This document shows positions 63,851 through 64,000 of a stretch of 64,000 bases of DNA, piece by piece. The first letter of the stretch is position 1. Each line of letters opens with the position of its first letter. The DNA is from Ruditapes philippinarum (lineage: Eukaryota): contig NW_026851624.1 in assembly GCF_026571515.1 (NCBI RefSeq), forward strand, positions 186,001 to 250,000. Direction: 5' to 3'. Made by a program: the position numbers and the translations under genes. The notes beneath the pieces were generated by a model, which had not been told where the DNA came from, did not search any database, and was given only the letters and a program-made list of their open reading frames with translations.

Positions 63851-64000
63851 AAATGCATATATAAATGCAGGCTTTACAATACGTATTTCAGCAGACAATA
63901 AGTATTTAAAGCTTCTGATATTAATTGATATTCGTAATTGTTTGCATTACTCTTAATTTCCTCAACATGACCAGTCTTTACTAATATTGCTTTTGTCAGG

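Overview
AT-rich (roughly 70% A+T by eye) eukaryotic DNA, most likely a bivalve mollusc judging from the SINE families, which I recognise from memory rather than by search. It contains no credible long CDS, rRNA, functional tRNA or CRISPR array, and the supplied ORFs look spurious. The window is a nested array of tandem segmental duplications. Two head-to-tail pairs are clear (11272-19723 / 19723-30098 and ~30300-39220 / ~39221-48080). An older pair lies at ~54720-58500 / ~62050-63850, and still older 1-3 kb modules lie in the first 12 kb. The large units share short, collinear, strongly conserved non-coding islands. In six units a candidate + strand 5' exon ends in ATG, a few codons and a phase-0 splice donor (MVTISTA, MVTVSTA, MR, MVMR, MRK, MKTH). 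My best hypothesis, which is inference, is an array of duplicated promoter/first-exon cassettes that either feed a shared downstream gene or form a family of tiny spliced genes. Interspersed are a full-length tRNA-derived SINE with a 15-bp TSD, several older SINEs, a P/hAT-type MITE with an 8-bp TSD and an empty paralogous site, a Kolobok-like MITE, a hairpin-rich repeat, two minisatellites, an inverted 330-bp insertion and decayed coding-like relics. All alignments were done by eye, so boundaries marked ~ and percent identities are approximate.
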